A stretch of 64,000 nucleotides of DNA from an uncultured Bacilli bacterium. Lineage in GTDB: Bacteria > Bacillota_I > Bacilli_A > RF39 > UBA660. Numbering within the stretch: position 1 is the stretch's first letter; each line of letters starts with the position of its first letter. This document shows positions 62,192 to 64,000 of this stretch, in pieces. The notes beneath the pieces are model-generated. The model did no database searches. It was given only the letters and a program-made list of their open reading frames with translations, and had not been told where the DNA came from. Location of the stretch: the NCBI GenBank assembly GCA_947629165.1, contig CANRCR010000002.1, positions 4,845 through 68,844 on the forward strand. Direction: 5' to 3'. Both the position numbers and the translations under genes were made by a program.

Positions 62192-62994
62192 GATTAACCA
62201 ATTTAAATTATCGCCATCACGAACAAAATATCTTTACGCGTTTAAATCTTACGTTAGAAGGACCTAAAATAATCGGTATTATGGGAGAGAAAAAGACACA
62301 ACTATTAAAGTTAATCGATGCCATAAATCTTCCTAATAAAGGTTCGATTTACTTAGACGATGAAAAATTACAAAAAGATAATCTTACTAGTTTTCGTCGT
62401 AAGGTAGCGTTAATAACGCAAGAAGTAAAAGATCAATTCTTTGAAAGTACCGTCGAAGATGAAATGAAATTTTTAGTATCCGTCATGCATTATAATGCCA
62501 AAGATTTGACGAAACGAATGAGAGATGCACTAAAGATGGTAGGACTAGACGATACGTATCTTTCCAAAAATATGAGCACCCTTTCGTCAGGCGAACAAAA
62601 ATTAATTCAGTTAGCGGTAAGTTTACTTTATAATCCGAAAGTGATTTTGTTAGATGATCCGATGATCTATCTTGATTATCCAAGAAAAAAGAACTTAATT
62701 CGCCTATTAAAACGATTAAAAGAAAAATACGACAAGACCATTATCATTGCTAGTAACGATAGTAATTTCTTATATCCCCTCGTCGATGAAGTAGTAATTC
62801 TTCATCACCAAAACAGGGTTATTCAAGGAAGTAGTGAAGAAATCTTCCAAGATGTAAAAATGTTAGAGAAACAGCATATTGAGATTCCCTATCTCGTAGC
62901 CTTTACCGAAAAGGCGAGAGCAAAAGGCGTCCGATTATCGTACCATAAGGATATTCGCGACATTATAAAGGACATTTATAAACATGTGGATTGA
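62182..62994 (+). CDS. ecfA2: EcfA2 homolog with degenerate Walker A/B and H-loop.
   Basis: Walker A GIMGEKKT (second Gly replaced by Lys); Q-loop ITQE present; signature LSSGEQ; Walker B ILLDDP; H-loop Asn. Confidence 0.65.
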   Translation: MEIRLTNLNYRHHEQNIFTRLNLTLEGPKIIGIMGEKKTQLLKLIDAINLPNKGSIYLDDEKLQKDNLTSFRRKVALITQEVKDQFFESTVEDEMKFLVSVMHYNAKDLTKRMRDALKMVGLDDTYLSKNMSTLSSGEQKLIQLAVSLLYNPKVILLDDPMIYLDYPRKKNLIRLLKRLKEKYDKTIIIASNDSNFLYPLVDEVVILHHQNRVIQGSSEEIFQDVKMLEKQHIEIPYLVAFTEKARAKGVRLSYHKDIRDIIKDIYKHVD

Positions 62995-63625
62995 TCGAAG
63001 TTGGATGAAAAACATTCACCCGGTAAGTAAGATATTAAGTAGTATTCTTATGGTCGCGACAATACTACTGATCGATAAAGCATTTTACTTACTTATCGTC
63101 CATGTACTTTTCTATTTCTTAGTCGAAGAACATCCGTTATTAAGAAAATGTATTATGTTATCGCTTGTTTTTAACGTATTTGCTGTTTTTTTACCAATCT
63201 GGTTAGGACTTAATAAACTGATTCTTTTAATTGCCTATTTCGGATTTATCTTGAAAGATAGTACTTTAGAAAAGGGAATGTATTTGATTGAACAGATATT
63301 ACCCGTAAATAGTAATATGGCAATAACTTTGACGAATGGACTCTACTTATTACGCCTTATCAAGACGAACTATCTTCAATTAGAACAAATTCAAAAAAGC
63401 TATGGTCTAGAAAAGAATCTACCACTTCAAATAAAAATGTTAAAACAAGCTAAAAAACAGGCAAAACTAGAAATGAACGAAGTTAAAATACTACAAAAAT
63501 TACGCTTTTATGGAGCCTATCCACGAAGAACCAAAATAAAACAATATCCTTTTGAAGTATGGGATCGAAACTACTTGATGAGTCATCTTTTATTCTTGAT
63601 TCTATCGATCATAATGGGGAGGTAA
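62984..63625 (+). CDS. ecfT: Putative ECF transporter T component (short, divergent).
   Basis: Polytopic membrane protein in the canonical ecfT position before truA; 213 aa (shorter than typical EcfT). Confidence 0.5.
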   Translation: MWIDRSWMKNIHPVSKILSSILMVATILLIDKAFYLLIVHVLFYFLVEEHPLLRKCIMLSLVFNVFAVFLPIWLGLNKLILLIAYFGFILKDSTLEKGMYLIEQILPVNSNMAITLTNGLYLLRLIKTNYLQLEQIQKSYGLEKNLPLQIKMLKQAKKQAKLEMNEVKILQKLRFYGAYPRRTKIKQYPFEVWDRNYLMSHLLFLILSIIMGR

Positions 63626-63627
63626 AA

Positions 63628-64000
63628 ATGCAACGTTATTTAATTACATTTTCTTACGATGGGACTAACTTCGCAGGATTTCAAAAACAACCGGGATTAA
63701 GAACCGTCGAACAAGAACTAGAAGAAGCACTCACGTTCATTAATCAAAAAAAGAAAACATCCCTCGTCGCATCGGGAAGAACCGATGCAAAGGTACACGC
63801 TTTACGACAAAAGGCGCACTTTGATTTAGCAGTAACGATTACCGATAATAAACTAAAAAGAGCACTGAACAGCAATATAAGTGATGAAATTCATGTCTTG
63901 GAGGTAGAAAAGAAAGAACCTTCGTTTCATGCTCGTTACCAAGTCAAAGAAAAGAAATATTGCTATTTACTGAATGTAGGAGAATATAATCCACTACTTC
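63628..64000 (+). CDS. truA: tRNA pseudouridine(38-40) synthase TruA, N-terminal fragment; runs off window end.
   Basis: MQRYLITFSYDGTNFAGFQKQPG ... GRTDAKVHA catalytic Asp region. Confidence 0.85.
   Translation, partial: MQRYLITFSYDGTNFAGFQKQPGLRTVEQELEEALTFINQKKKTSLVASGRTDAKVHALRQKAHFDLAVTITDNKLKRALNSNISDEIHVLEVEKKEPSFHARYQVKEKKYCYLLNVGEYNPLL

Noticed and set aside
1-64000. Possibility of Mollicutes-type code (TGA = Trp), given very low GC.
   Set aside because: Conserved proteins such as the GT4 glycosyltransferase terminate at TGA exactly where homologs end. Trp is encoded by TGG throughout, and a standard-code ORF track yields full-length orthologs.
1-64000. CRISPR arrays, tRNA/rRNA genes, IS elements.
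   Set aside because: No regularly spaced direct repeats, no cloverleaf-like conserved tRNA sequences in intergenic regions, and no transposase or integrase-like ORFs were seen.

Overview
The window is a 64 kb chromosomal segment of a low-GC Firmicute that almost certainly forms spores (spo0A, whiA and a CotH-family protein are present). Standard genetic code: TGA acts as a stop and TGG codes Trp. Nearly all genes are on the + strand. The backbone is conserved housekeeping: uvrB/uvrA, lgt, trxB, whiA, clpP, a partial glycolytic operon (gap-pgk-tpiA, with gpmI further on), SOS-regulated dinB, and the complete S10-spc-alpha ribosomal protein cluster (rpsJ to rplQ, including secY, adk, map, infA, rpmJ, rpoA) followed by ecfA1-ecfA2-ecfT-truA. 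Several accessory modules are embedded in this backbone. (1) A three-gene operon with its own promoter and terminators at 28.1-31.8 kb encodes an AAA_5-type ATPase carrying a BspA-type LRR unit and a long coiled coil, a 299-aa partner of unknown fold, and a 305-aa possibly ankyrin-like protein. The ATPase plus partner pair has a paralogous copy at the window start (1-1555). (2) An ~8.7 kb insertion between rplQ and ecfA1 carries six tandem, divergent paralogs (~295 aa each) of an unrecognised protein family, driven by a consensus sigma-A promoter, plus DUF3048, SDR, divergent-PAP2 and a hypothetical gene. (3) A small radical SAM/SPASM enzyme sits between uvrB and uvrA. (4) A UPF0104 membrane protein plus a GT4 glycosyltransferase are inserted between pgk and tpiA. 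(5) The EcfA1/EcfA2 pair appears to have lost canonical catalytic motifs. No tRNA, rRNA, CRISPR array, transposase or integrase was seen.
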